DNA of 64,000 nucleotides from a virus (Duplodnaviria; Heunggongvirae; Uroviricota; Caudoviricetes): IMG/VR virus record IMGVR_UViG_2703718815_000003; one strand, 5' to 3'. Shown piece by piece: positions 9,997 to 18,968 of this stretch (position 1 is its first letter; each line of letters starts with the position of its first letter). The notes under the pieces were generated by a model. It saw only the letters and a program-made list of their open reading frames with translations, ran no database searches and was not told where the DNA came from. The position numbers and the translations under genes were made by a program.

Positions 9997-10006
9997 ATCA
10001 GTTCTC

Positions 10007-10396
10007 CTACATCACGGGACAATCATCAAACTCGCCACTTCTTGCGTCGTTGATAATGTGAGTGATCACACCAAACACGGCATTGCTGCCCGTGCATCCA
10101 TCGTCATCCTTTGGCAATGCTTCCTTCTTACCGGTTCTTAAATCCTCCAGATGCTGACGTGGGTACTTCCGGTATCTTTTTACGCGATATTCCCCATCCA
10201 GAGCGCATACAAGCAGAGAACCATCAACCGGGGTAAGTGAGGAATCGACCACCAGCAATGCACCCTGTAATATTCCCTCACGATGATGACTATCAGCTGC
10301 CCTCATGAAGTAGGTCGCTGAAGGATGTCTAATTATCTGCTGATCAAGAGAAATACGGCTCTCAGCATAATCCGCCGCAGGAGAAGGGAAGCCCAT
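10007..10396 (-). CDS. UmuD'-like peptidase S24 C-terminal domain protein (HumD-like)
   Basis: 129 aa beginning MGFPSPAADY, i.e. at the position of the UmuD cleavage product; no umuC partner; LexA box upstream. Confidence 0.75.
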   Translation of the reverse strand: MGFPSPAADYAESRISLDQQIIRHPSATYFMRAADSHHREGILQGALLVVDSSLTPVDGSLLVCALDGEYRVKRYRKYPRQHLEDLRTGKKEALPKDDDGCTGSNAVFGVITHIINDARSGEFDDCPVM

Positions 10397-10412
10397 AATA
10401 CTCGCCTCTTAA

Positions 10413-10432
10413 TACTGTATACACATACAGTA
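10413..10432. promoter_or_regulatory. LexA (SOS) box
   Basis: tactgtatacacatacagta = CTGT-N8-ACAG, about 17 nt upstream of the UmuD'-like start. Confidence 0.8.
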
Positions 10433-10732
10433 TATATTGAAGCTATATATTTTTGAACTCTATCTCTTAAAAAAGATGTTAATAAGATGCTAACTATTGA
10501 AAGGCATAAATATATACAATTCAAACAAACGTTATTTTTAACAAATTTTTTCTTCCCATTGACTTTTTCGAACGCCTTGTCCGGTCTAAAGTGCGCAGAA
10601 GTCACTTTTTCCTTCCTGAGTTATCCACAGGCTTATGCACTTGCATGAAAAATCTATTCACACTATCTTAATTCGCAAGACACTGATGTTGCAGTATTGA
10701 GGGTATGTTGGGTTAAAAATAGACATTAAAAA

Positions 10733-10766
10733 GCCCAGTTGACTAGGCTGGGCTTTTTAAAAGGAA
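10733..10766. terminator. bidirectional hairpin terminator
   Basis: aaaaagcccag...ctgggcttttt. Confidence 0.5.
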
Positions 10767-10789
10767 ACAGAGTTTGCGGCTCTGTTCCT

Positions 10790-10990
10790 GAGCCATAAGT
10801 ATCTGGCGACTGAATTAAGATTAACCGAATGTACTGGATTCATCAAGAAAGGTTGAGTGGTCATACCAGGTAATAATGACCATTTACTAAACATCGTTGT
10901 TCTCAAAGAAGATTTAAGTCCAGGTTTTTGGTGACTCTAAAACCTTACCTTAACTCGAAATCGTGCCGTAAGTATCTGGCGACTACAGAT
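10790..10990. repeat. direct repeats (C)GTAAGTATCTGGCGACT x2 plus AATCGTGCCG x2
   Basis: Copies near 10794-10812 and 10968-10988; AAATCGTGCCG near 10958 and inside small ORF near 11087. Confidence 0.45.
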
Positions 10991-11058
10991 ATTGCAACTG
11001 CAAAGGCAAGCCCAAAGGTATTTGCAGCTAGGCGCGATAAAACTAAGTGAGGCCTGTT

Positions 11059-11142
11059 ATGGTTAACTTACTGTTCAAAATCGTGCCGCCGATGTTCGCG
11101 ATTATCAAAGCGATCATTGAGTACGTAAACCAGCGTCCATAA
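11059..11142 (+). CDS. small hydrophobic peptide (27 aa), candidate small membrane protein
   Basis: ATG with GTGAGG RBS; MVNLLFKIVPPMFAIIKAIIEYVNQRP*; hairpin + T-run immediately downstream; not in 60-aa track. Confidence 0.35.
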   Translation: MVNLLFKIVPPMFAIIKAIIEYVNQRP

Positions 11143-11149
11143 CGCTAGT

Positions 11150-11185
11150 TGCTACAGGCCCCATCAAGAGCATGGGGCCTCTTTA
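11150..11185 (+). terminator. hairpin terminator
   Basis: ggccccat...atggggcc stem followed by tctttat. Confidence 0.4.
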
Positions 11186-11197
11186 TCGTACTATTGC

Positions 11198-11824
11198 TTA
11201 TTTTTTACGGACTGAGTTGTTCACTGCTCTGGCAATCTTCTCCCGCAATTGCTGCGTTCCGTGGTACTGAACCGCAATATCTCTCAACTCGTTCACCAGT
11301 TCTCGAATCTGGTGATCTTTAAGCTCATTATTTGGGTGATTGGTAACAACTCTGGTTAATTCACCCTTGTCTTTTGCTCTTACGTATGCAGCTCTTGTGC
11401 ATTCGACCCATGTATTACCGCCTACATTAACTTCGTAGATTAGGCTGGACTTATCTGTCAATTCGGAACAAATACGGGCCGTGGTCTGGCAACTAGAGCA
11501 TTCGCAGTTATCGCGGAAACCGTGATCTACCGGTCGAGAAAGAGGTTTAACTTTTTCATCCAACTTCATCACAGCATCGTGATAAGCGTTCCAGCCGTCA
11601 TCTTTACCAAGTTGATAAATCTCTGAAGGCTCCATGTAGTCTATATCGCAACCTTCTTCATCCGATCTATCTGGTCGCTTCCCTGGTAATCGCTCATAAA
11701 AACGATTTCTGTCTCGACGTTCGGCTCTCAGTGCTAACGCAAGAAGTTGCTCAAGCGAGGTATTTGCACCAGCAATAATTTTATTGAGAATATCTTCTGT
11801 GAGATCTTTCGCTACCGTGCTCAT
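11198..11824 (-). CDS. hypothetical protein (208 aa)
   Basis: Track ORF; last gene of an overlapping-gene operon. Confidence 0.5.
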   Translation of the reverse strand: MSTVAKDLTEDILNKIIAGANTSLEQLLALALRAERRDRNRFYERLPGKRPDRSDEEGCDIDYMEPSEIYQLGKDDGWNAYHDAVMKLDEKVKPLSRPVDHGFRDNCECSSCQTTARICSELTDKSSLIYEVNVGGNTWVECTRAAYVRAKDKGELTRVVTNHPNNELKDHQIRELVNELRDIAVQYHGTQQLREKIARAVNNSVRKK

Positions 11825-12204
11825 TTATCTCTCTCAGTATGTTGCGATGGCGTAAATTTGACGACATCAAATATTTTGGATGGCATCAACTTTATCCGCG
11901 AGCTTAGTTCGGCTCTTCTCTGTAATGCGGTTAATAATGTTTTCGTTCTGACGCCTTCGTGTATCCTCATCCCTGGCACAAGAACTACATCGCAGGGGAG
12001 ATGCTCAGGTGACAAATCATTTTGGGCATCGCTAATCAGTCGTGTAATCTCTCTTTCAAGCCGACCGCCTAGCTCTGTTTTAGTGCAATGTTCTGACCAA
12101 TCGCCAGCCTCAAGCAGCGCGAGAATGCTTAAAATATCGTCCAATAGATCAGTGGTATTATCGACTTCCTTCTGAAACTCACCGGCTACTGATTTATGCA
12201 TCAT
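11821..12204 (-). CDS. hypothetical protein (127 aa)
   Basis: Track ORF; 4-nt overlap with neighbours. Confidence 0.5.
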   Translation of the reverse strand: MMHKSVAGEFQKEVDNTTDLLDDILSILALLEAGDWSEHCTKTELGGRLEREITRLISDAQNDLSPEHLPCDVVLVPGMRIHEGVRTKTLLTALQRRAELSSRIKLMPSKIFDVVKFTPSQHTERDK

Positions 12205-12854
12205 TCGTCATCCTCATCCGAGTCATCCTCATCACAGGATGAGAGTAGTGGGTTAGTCATTCGCCCTACTTGAGTGGCGTAGCCACGCCGACAGAGATTG
12301 CGCAGCACACTGTATATTTCGAACATCTCGGTTCGTTCATCGCCAACATCAAGCTCAGATGCTATAGCGTGGCATTCAGTCGCGAGAGCCGATATTTTCT
12401 GAAATAACTCTGCATTATTCACTGTTCGACTCCTGCGGCGTTCTGGTAGTGGCATCCAGTGTGTGACATTGCTAATCAGACCATATTCATTAGTTTGAGG
12501 ATGGTTGCCGTTAGCGTCTCCGTATTTAAGACTCTCCATAAAGCCATAATGCCTATCACCATTAACGCTCACAAAGCCGTAATAAGCAGGTATAACGCCG
12601 ATCTCACACGTAACCAGTAAAGGAAAACTAGTTCTCCAATTTAGCTCGCCAATTACAGGCATTCGCTCACTACAGCTTATCCAACCATCCTTAGATGCGG
12701 CTGTATTGGCATAGGCCTTACGGTGCTTCTGTAGCTCTGCTGCAATCGCTCTCACGACTTCAACTGGTGCTCTTGCAGCAAACTCAATGTTGGTGATCAG
12801 CTCATTAAGATATTTCTCGCTTGGGTAGCATTTCTTATTGTTAACGGTGGTCAT
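12201..12854 (-). CDS. hypothetical protein (217 aa), acidic C-terminal tail
   Basis: Track ORF; translationally coupled. Confidence 0.5.
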   Translation of the reverse strand: MTTVNNKKCYPSEKYLNELITNIEFAARAPVEVVRAIAAELQKHRKAYANTAASKDGWISCSERMPVIGELNWRTSFPLLVTCEIGVIPAYYGFVSVNGDRHYGFMESLKYGDANGNHPQTNEYGLISNVTHWMPLPERRRSRTVNNAELFQKISALATECHAIASELDVGDERTEMFEIYSVLRNLCRRGYATQVGRMTNPLLSSCDEDDSDEDDE

Positions 12855-13039
12855 TAGGCAGCTCTCTCAACAACAAGCAATTCGTCGTAGTCATAATCAG
12901 TTTCGGAACCATCCGTACCGAACAGAGTCACTTTGTCATTTTCCATCCAAAAAGATTTAACCGCACATTGTTGACCTTTAGATGTTATGAGCACATCACC
13001 AGGGATTACGTCTTCAGCGCGAACCTCTAGTGTTCTCAT
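12854..13039 (-). CDS. hypothetical small protein (61 aa)
   Basis: Track ORF; coupled overlaps. Confidence 0.4.
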   Translation of the reverse strand: MRTLEVRAEDVIPGDVLITSKGQQCAVKSFWMENDKVTLFGTDGSETDYDYDELLVVERAA

Positions 13040-13566
13040 CGTGCTGCCCCCTCTTTGGTGAAAATGCCTGCTGCAATGCTGTTTATGATGCTGTCAGTGC
13101 ATGGAGTAGAAAGCTGGGCATCTCCAGCAATTTTCATGACCTCAACATCCGCATATCGAATACCGAGGTGTATCAGACCGGCTATACCTGACTTAAGTCG
13201 AACATTTTCCATAAACAGATCTTTTTCCCGCTGTTTAGCGCCTTCCAACTCCATCGACAATTTTTCCAACTGCTCTTTATGCTTCTTGTATTCCTGATAC
13301 GCGTGCCAAGACTGACCTTTGCGCACACTATCAGTGATATCAGCAACCTGCTCTGGTGTTAGCGTGGTCAGTGGCTGTGCTGGAAAAATCATCACTTGCC
13401 CGGCATCCCAATCAAAACCCGCCTGAATTGACTGAACCTCAACTGATGGTGTTGAACCGATGCGACCAGGCGAATGAACAACGATCGTTACATCCATATC
13501 GCGACGATGGCTGTGGTTGTTGGACAAAATACGATTCACCAACTCAGAAAATTTGGAAAATTTCAT
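13036..13566 (-). CDS. hypothetical protein (176 aa)
   Basis: Track ORF trimmed to ATG ([10 protein letters not shown]...) with GGAGAG RBS and ATGA overlap with upstream gene. Confidence 0.5.
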   Translation of the reverse strand: MKFSKFSELVNRILSNNHSHRRDMDVTIVVHSPGRIGSTPSVEVQSIQAGFDWDAGQVMIFPAQPLTTLTPEQVADITDSVRKGQSWHAYQEYKKHKEQLEKLSMELEGAKQREKDLFMENVRLKSGIAGLIHLGIRYADVEVMKIAGDAQLSTPCTDSIINSIAAGIFTKEGAAR

Positions 13567-13886
13567 GCTGATCCCTCTTTCTCTCCCCGGATAATTCTGT
13601 TGCACACATCCACACACTCGTCGCAGATGAAAACGGCGTCCCCAGCAATTAACTTTTTGACGGCGTACTGGGATTTGTTGCAGAAGCTGCAACAAAGTGT
13701 TCGCCTGACTGATAAGGATGGAGCGCCAGATGTCAGCCGCTCCATATCGTTCTTGCGACGCAATATCACACGGCTGAACTCAACCAGTTTCTCCGGGGAT
13801 ATATCCTCCTCCGTAGCAAGCGCCTCTAATCGTTCGAGTATGTGGAAGGCTTTTTCCTGGGTAATTGCAGAATGCGATGTGGTCAT
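13563..13886 (-). CDS. small protein with C-terminal ClpX-type C4 zinc-binding domain
   Basis: Trimmed to ATG after AAGGAGAG; C-terminus [38 protein letters not shown] closely matches ClpX N-terminal ZBD; no AAA+ module. Confidence 0.6.
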   Translation of the reverse strand: MTTSHSAITQEKAFHILERLEALATEEDISPEKLVEFSRVILRRKNDMERLTSGAPSLSVRRTLCCSFCNKSQYAVKKLIAGDAVFICDECVDVCNRIIRGEKEGSA

Positions 13887-13887
13887 C

Positions 13888-14490
13888 TCACTCTCCTTTG
13901 ATGCGAATGCCAGCGGCGCGGGAATCATTCCATCGCTTTACTTCTTCACGAATTACGTCAATGCATTCTTTCGAATCCATTAGGTAATCTTCATCAAAAA
14001 GACGTTCCTGTTCGTTTTCTATCGCAACAATGATTGCTTCAACTAACTTTTGTGCCTGAGAATCACTTTCTAACTCTGCTATGCGCTTACTCCCATCCGA
14101 GATAACACCTTCGTAATATTCACGCTGTTCGTTGAGTTTTGATTTTGTCTCCTCAAGCTCAACACGCAGCTTCTCAAGCGTTAGGACCATCTCTACGTTC
14201 TCCTGCTCAAGACGTCGGATGTGTTGCTGTCTTTTATCCAGTTCGTCCAGCAGTGCAATCACATCGGGATCACTAGCATCAACTACTGTTACGCGTGATT
14301 TTTCATAATGTTCGTCTGCAAAAGTACGCCCTATCTTAAAATATCCGTCATCACCCTCACCGGAACAGGCATAAACAACATGTGCTCCAGATATGCGCTG
14401 TATTGACATTTCCTCGCCACAAACAGAGCATTTAGGCGCTGGTTTTGGTGAATAACGTTCACGTAACGTCAGGTAGTAAATCTCATTCAC
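13888..14490 (-). CDS. hypothetical protein (200 aa), N-terminal Cys cluster + coiled coil
   Basis: Track ORF; CSVCGEE...[10 protein letters not shown]. Confidence 0.5.
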   Translation of the reverse strand: MNEIYYLTLRERYSPKPAPKCSVCGEEMSIQRISGAHVVYACSGEGDDGYFKIGRTFADEHYEKSRVTVVDASDPDVIALLDELDKRQQHIRRLEQENVEMVLTLEKLRVELEETKSKLNEQREYYEGVISDGSKRIAELESDSQAQKLVEAIIVAIENEQERLFDEDYLMDSKECIDVIREEVKRWNDSRAAGIRIKGE

Positions 14491-14942
14491 TGTTTATTTC
14501 CTTTGCGAAGCTCAGCGGCGAAGGCTACTGCGTGATCATGATGTTCAAGTGTGTATGCGCACTCAGCAAACATCTCCACGCCCTGCGCACGTACTTCAGC
14601 CAGAAAAGCATCGGTGGCTGGAGTCTCCGTTAATTCGCTAACCCAATTATCTCCGTGTTCCTCGGCACACATCGCATCGAATGCTCGCTCAGATTCTTTC
14701 AGGGCTGCATTCTCCGCCGCTAATGCGTCTCTTTGCGCCCGCAACTTCTCAATTTCGGCAGCCATGTAGTAACCAACCATAGCGAAGACGGCAAAAGAGT
14801 TGTCTGCCTCATCAGGCGACACTGAGGCCATTAGCAGGCCATCGTAAAAATCGTGACTCCCATTGGTGATCGCCACCGCATAGGAGTCGTGGTTCTCGCG
14901 CTTGTGAATGAGAACTACGGGATTTTCGATTTTGTTACTCAT
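14487..14942 (-). CDS. hypothetical protein (151 aa)
   Basis: Track ORF. Confidence 0.5.
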   Translation of the reverse strand: MSNKIENPVVLIHKRENHDSYAVAITNGSHDFYDGLLMASVSPDEADNSFAVFAMVGYYMAAEIEKLRAQRDALAAENAALKESERAFDAMCAEEHGDNWVSELTETPATDAFLAEVRAQGVEMFAECAYTLEHHDHAVAFAAELRKGNKQ

Positions 14943-15014
14943 GTGTTTTTCTCTTCTTTGCTGTTACATAAGCACTACCAAGTGCTGGTTTATTTTCACA
15001 AATAAGAAAAGGTA

Positions 15015-15029
15015 GAAAACAATTTATTT
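15015..15029 (-). promoter_or_regulatory. class I palindromic motif
   Basis: aaaaggtagaaaacaatttattt. Confidence 0.4.
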
Positions 15030-15080
15030 AAGGCCATAAGTTATGGCCTTTATTTATTCATGCAGAAGGATTTGTAGCGC

Positions 15081-15461
15081 CTAATTGCCGGATAAAATGG
15101 GTTGAGGTGCTTGCCAGTAAGCTCCACCGTCCCATGTGAACCCCATGCGAATAAGAGTGTTTATTGCGGCTTTGGTAGACTCTGATTCGACACTGACTTT
15201 TCGAAACTCTTGAACCTCTTTCGCCAACCTGTATGTAATTGTGCAGGGGACGATTGCAGCCCAGCCTTTCTCATGACTGTTAATGACCATCTGGATGTGA
15301 CCATCCAGAATAGGTTGATTAGGCATGTTATTGAAAATGTCTGCCTGTTTTTGAATGTGAAGAAAAAGCCTTGCCAGTGCCATTTGCTCACTACGAGACA
15401 AGGGATTATCAAGAGGACTTTTTGCAAAAGCGGCTATACGCTGTGCATCAATGCCAAACAT
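15081..15461 (-). CDS. hypothetical protein (126 aa)
   Basis: Track ORF. Confidence 0.5.
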   Translation of the reverse strand: MFGIDAQRIAAFAKSPLDNPLSRSEQMALARLFLHIQKQADIFNNMPNQPILDGHIQMVINSHEKGWAAIVPCTITYRLAKEVQEFRKVSVESESTKAAINTLIRMGFTWDGGAYWQAPQPILSGN

Positions 15462-16165
15462 CAGCGCACCTCACCATCTTTATGGCTGGAGTTAACTTCC
15501 GCCATTAAATGTCTGACGTAATCGACAAGAGAGCCACCTGGTGGAATCTGGCATTCCTCAACTAACTGGAAGTAGATATCCGCTGCATTACGTGTATTAC
15601 TACCCTCGCATATTCTTTCTTCCCGAAGTGCATGAAGCTCGCTGATCAAACGGTCACACTCTCCGTTACGCTGATCCACAACGGCCTCAAGCTCTGCGAC
15701 GCGTTCACCTGGCGTCTTACCTTCTTTGCGTTGGATGGTAACGACGAAATCGCCAATTGCAGGGACGTTGTAATCCAGCTCAAGGTAGTTTTTGGCACCG
15801 CTGCGGACGAACTCACCCGCGAACATGGTGGCGAACATCGCAGAGGCCACTTCGCCGTTGAAAAGTGACTCCAGATCTAACGGAGTCCCGGCAGCAAGAG
15901 CCTCTTTTGCTGTATCCATTGCATCCATGAACCGATCAAACTCACTAGCGCGCTTTTCCAGGTCTTTCCATTGCTCGCTCCAACGTTTGGCAACGAAGTC
16001 TATGAATGTTTTCGCGGATTCATCAAAATTCCCCTCAAACTTAACGATGCCTTTATCAATAATGATCTGGCCTACCGCATCCTCTGCATAACCTTTCAAT
16101 GTAAACTTGAAAGGAAAATCAGAATGGCCTGTGACGTTAAAATGCTCTAACTGGAGGTTGTTCAT
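15461..16165 (-). CDS. hypothetical protein (234 aa)
   Basis: Track ORF; ATGA overlap with downstream gene. Confidence 0.5.
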   Translation of the reverse strand: MNNLQLEHFNVTGHSDFPFKFTLKGYAEDAVGQIIIDKGIVKFEGNFDESAKTFIDFVAKRWSEQWKDLEKRASEFDRFMDAMDTAKEALAAGTPLDLESLFNGEVASAMFATMFAGEFVRSGAKNYLELDYNVPAIGDFVVTIQRKEGKTPGERVAELEAVVDQRNGECDRLISELHALREERICEGSNTRNAADIYFQLVEECQIPPGGSLVDYVRHLMAEVNSSHKDGEVR

Positions 16166-16207
16166 GTGTTTTTCTCTTATCGTTTAGTTACTACATTCTT
16201 ACACAAA

Positions 16208-16228
16208 TTAAGTAAGTATTTACCTATC
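16208..16228. promoter_or_regulatory. class II palindromic motif
   Basis: ttaagtaagtatttacctatc. Confidence 0.45.
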
Positions 16229-17912
16229 ATTTAACGCATTTGAAAACGTATACGCTGACTGTGATCCCTGTGTCTTCAAACTCGTTGGTAAACGACTTCC
16301 CTCTGGCATAAACGTAATTATCCATCGTCATCCAGTCCAGTATTGGCGCAGTGCCCGGCAATACTGCTACAAGACGCCCGCCGACTTTCAGATGCCCCAG
16401 CGCAGCCAGCGTGTGCTCTCTATGACGACCAAGCGAGTACGGCGGGTTCATAACGATTTTGTCGAACTGATAACCTGCGTTGTCCTCAGACCACTTTATG
16501 AAGTCGCAGCAAATCGTGTTCGTATACCCTTTTCCAAGCAGGATATCAGCGAAGAGAGGTGCGATTTCTATGCAGGTAACATCTTCCAGATCGGCGTTAA
16601 TATAGGCCAGAAGATCCCCACGTCCGGCTTGAGGCTCCAGCAGCTTCTCACCAGGCTTCAATTCAGTGGCTCTGGCAACGTACTCAGCAATCAAGCGTGG
16701 GGTAGGGTAGAACTGGTGTGATTTTGTATCCGGTATTAAACCGGTAGCCACAATCGTATTTAGCGTATGGCCGATGTCATACGGGAACTGCCAGTGCTTT
16801 TTCTCCTGCACGCCGCCAATGAAGCTCAGTGTGCGCTCAAGCTCTTCCACCTGCGACTTCTGGAGAGCTGAATCAGAGAAGTACCATACGCCTTTGTCTT
16901 TGCTCAATCGCCCGTCACGAAGCGCAGTGCGAACCGGCACGGAGATCGTCTTCTGGATTAACCCGAACTGCTTTGGTGCCCGTGTTTTTGGCGCAGTTCG
17001 GCATGGCGCGGGGATTGCAGCAGGCATACTGTAAGCCAGCACCTCATTCAACTTCCAGGCCACGTCAGGATGTATTTCAAAGTGAACGTTGCCGTTCTTG
17101 AACATCTTCACGCGCATCAGATTTCCATCGACGTTCATCCAGTCACCGGTCTGGCAGTCGTTTGCTCGATACGCAGCTGATAGCACCTCAGCAGTGCGGT
17201 TGATGGTAATAAATTCTTTGTGCGCGAAGAAATGAAGCAAGACACGCAGATCGTCGATGTAGTCCTCTTTGCGATAGTTCACGCTAACGCTGTCCCGCCA
17301 GAAATCAGAAATGCAGTCAGCGATTATCAGACGCTCGCTGAAACCGTTTGTCTTATTTGTCTTGTGCGCAGGACTCAGCGCCTTAAACAAGCCATACACG
17401 CGCTCAGAGAGATATTTGTGCCTGTCATTCAGCAAATTAAGCATCGTGGGTATGACCGTTTCTGCTTTGAACTCCGGTACACCAACGAACTCTTTAACCT
17501 TCATCTGGTAGCCGGTTCTGTCAGTTTTGATGACTTCCTGTTTGCCCTCTATAAACTGCTCGCGCCACTCATCTCGACGGGAAGCTGGCATGATCAGCAA
17601 AACGTTAGTCATGTCCGTGACCTTCCTCCAGTACTCGGCCCAAATATTCTGTTTCACCCATTCCAGATCGACTTTATCCAACCAACCTCGATTTAAACGC
17701 GAGCGATCTTCATCTGGTCGATGGTTTAGTCTCAGCAGGCGATTAATCATGTTGTGGCGTTCGTCGCCATAAACGAAGTCGTGAACCTGATACATGAAGG
17801 CGATCTCTTTCTCGCACTCGGCCACAATTTCGTGGATGACGTTCATTTCCTGCCGATAGTCGATAGCAGTGTTTGAGTTGGCATCGTCGATGATGGAAAG
17901 GGCTGTATTCAT
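16227..17912 (-). CDS. N6-adenine DNA methyltransferase with large N-terminal domain
   Basis: 561 aa; C-terminal FYPTP...EPQAGRG (motif I-like) and NPPY motif IV; about 390-aa N-terminal domain of unknown function. Confidence 0.7.
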   Translation of the reverse strand: MNTALSIIDDANSNTAIDYRQEMNVIHEIVAECEKEIAFMYQVHDFVYGDERHNMINRLLRLNHRPDEDRSRLNRGWLDKVDLEWVKQNIWAEYWRKVTDMTNVLLIMPASRRDEWREQFIEGKQEVIKTDRTGYQMKVKEFVGVPEFKAETVIPTMLNLLNDRHKYLSERVYGLFKALSPAHKTNKTNGFSERLIIADCISDFWRDSVSVNYRKEDYIDDLRVLLHFFAHKEFITINRTAEVLSAAYRANDCQTGDWMNVDGNLMRVKMFKNGNVHFEIHPDVAWKLNEVLAYSMPAAIPAPCRTAPKTRAPKQFGLIQKTISVPVRTALRDGRLSKDKGVWYFSDSALQKSQVEELERTLSFIGGVQEKKHWQFPYDIGHTLNTIVATGLIPDTKSHQFYPTPRLIAEYVARATELKPGEKLLEPQAGRGDLLAYINADLEDVTCIEIAPLFADILLGKGYTNTICCDFIKWSEDNAGYQFDKIVMNPPYSLGRHREHTLAALGHLKVGGRLVAVLPGTAPILDWMTMDNYVYARGKSFTNEFEDTGITVSVYVFKCVK

Positions 17913-17952
17913 AATTGCACCATTAAGAAGTGATTTGTTTAATGGTGCAATT
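17913..17952 (-). promoter_or_regulatory. 14-bp inverted repeat abutting MTase start codon
   Basis: aattgcaccattaa-N12-ttaatggtgcaatt; 3' arm ends 1 nt before ATG and contains the only SD-like GGTG. Confidence 0.5.
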
Positions 17953-18015
17953 ATTTCAAAAATGAAAAGGTACTAAATAGAAATAAACAGGCAATCCTTC
18001 AAATAAAGGCATTGG

Positions 18016-18630
18016 CTAATCATACTTGGAGGTATTTATCACCAGAATTTTGTTTGTATAAATCTTCTTAATATCCCATGTGACATTACCGGAATACCAT
18101 TGACCGTTATATACTTGGTTTCCAGTTGCACCTGTCATTGTTACATAGACAGGTCTGTCGTAATCGGTTCGTCTATAGTTATATACTCCAACCATAGCAG
18201 GCATTACCGCACATGGATACCCCATATCTATTGTAAATTGAGGGTCAGAAATAGTGATAAGTTTCGCATCAAGGGGCATCATCTCACCGTGATACACCAT
18301 TGCGCCTGCGCTGTTATACATGGCAATGCCATAGCCAGAATGTGGTAACACCATATCAGAAAAAGCATAAACTGTTATTGTTCCGGGGCTACCATTTACC
18401 TGATGCAATCTGAGAGCATTGTATCCGTTACTATGCTCATGAATAAACATCATGTTCGCCTTATTACTGCTTTTTATGAAAAAAAAACATGATTTGTTTG
18501 ATGGGATTGATGTTTGAAAAACAGAACCTTTAGATGTAGACATTGTCCCTTTATTAATCAGATTTTGCGGAGTAAATTCTGGACTCATCCACAAACTTCC
18601 ATCTGATTGAGTAATTGACATCCCGAACAT
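18016..18630 (-). CDS. hypothetical G/Y/N/S-rich protein (204 aa)
   Basis: Track ORF (TTG at 18687) trimmed to ATG (MFGMSITQ...) with GGGGA RBS. Confidence 0.45.
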   Translation of the reverse strand: MFGMSITQSDGSLWMSPEFTPQNLINKGTMSTSKGSVFQTSIPSNKSCFFFIKSSNKANMMFIHEHSNGYNALRLHQVNGSPGTITVYAFSDMVLPHSGYGIAMYNSAGAMVYHGEMMPLDAKLITISDPQFTIDMGYPCAVMPAMVGVYNYRRTDYDRPVYVTMTGATGNQVYNGQWYSGNVTWDIKKIYTNKILVINTSKYD

Positions 18631-18632
18631 AA

Positions 18633-18914
18633 TTATCCCCAGTATGTGTATATGTAAGAACCAAGCCCCGTATATAAATTTGACCAACTAACCGTATTTC
18701 CATTAATAGTAACATTTGGAACAGGTAAATTGATGTAGTTGTCGTTGTTAAGAGGCATTAATGACCACACGGCATGTAGTGATTTACCCGGTGGCGGATT
18801 AGAGTACGTCTTAGAGCCTGATGACGCCGTAAATCGATCAAGAAAAAAAATAGGTGTAAGGAAGCCAGTAACGTTAATTCCTTTATTGTTGTAAATCCCT
18901 GTACCGTATGACAT
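18633..18914 (-). CDS. hypothetical G/Y/N-rich protein (93 aa)
   Basis: Track ORF; stop 2 nt before next start. Confidence 0.45.
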   Translation of the reverse strand: MSYGTGIYNNKGINVTGFLTPIFFLDRFTASSGSKTYSNPPPGKSLHAVWSLMPLNNDNYINLPVPNVTINGNTVSWSNLYTGLGSYIYTYWG

Positions 18915-18921
18915 TTTTCAC

Positions 18922-18950
18922 CCTTGTTTTTATCAACACAATATGGCCGA
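18922..18950 (-). terminator. rho-independent terminator
   Basis: atatggccg...cggccatat stem followed by T-rich tract on minus strand. Confidence 0.5.
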
Positions 18951-18968
18951 TCATGCGGCCATATCAGA

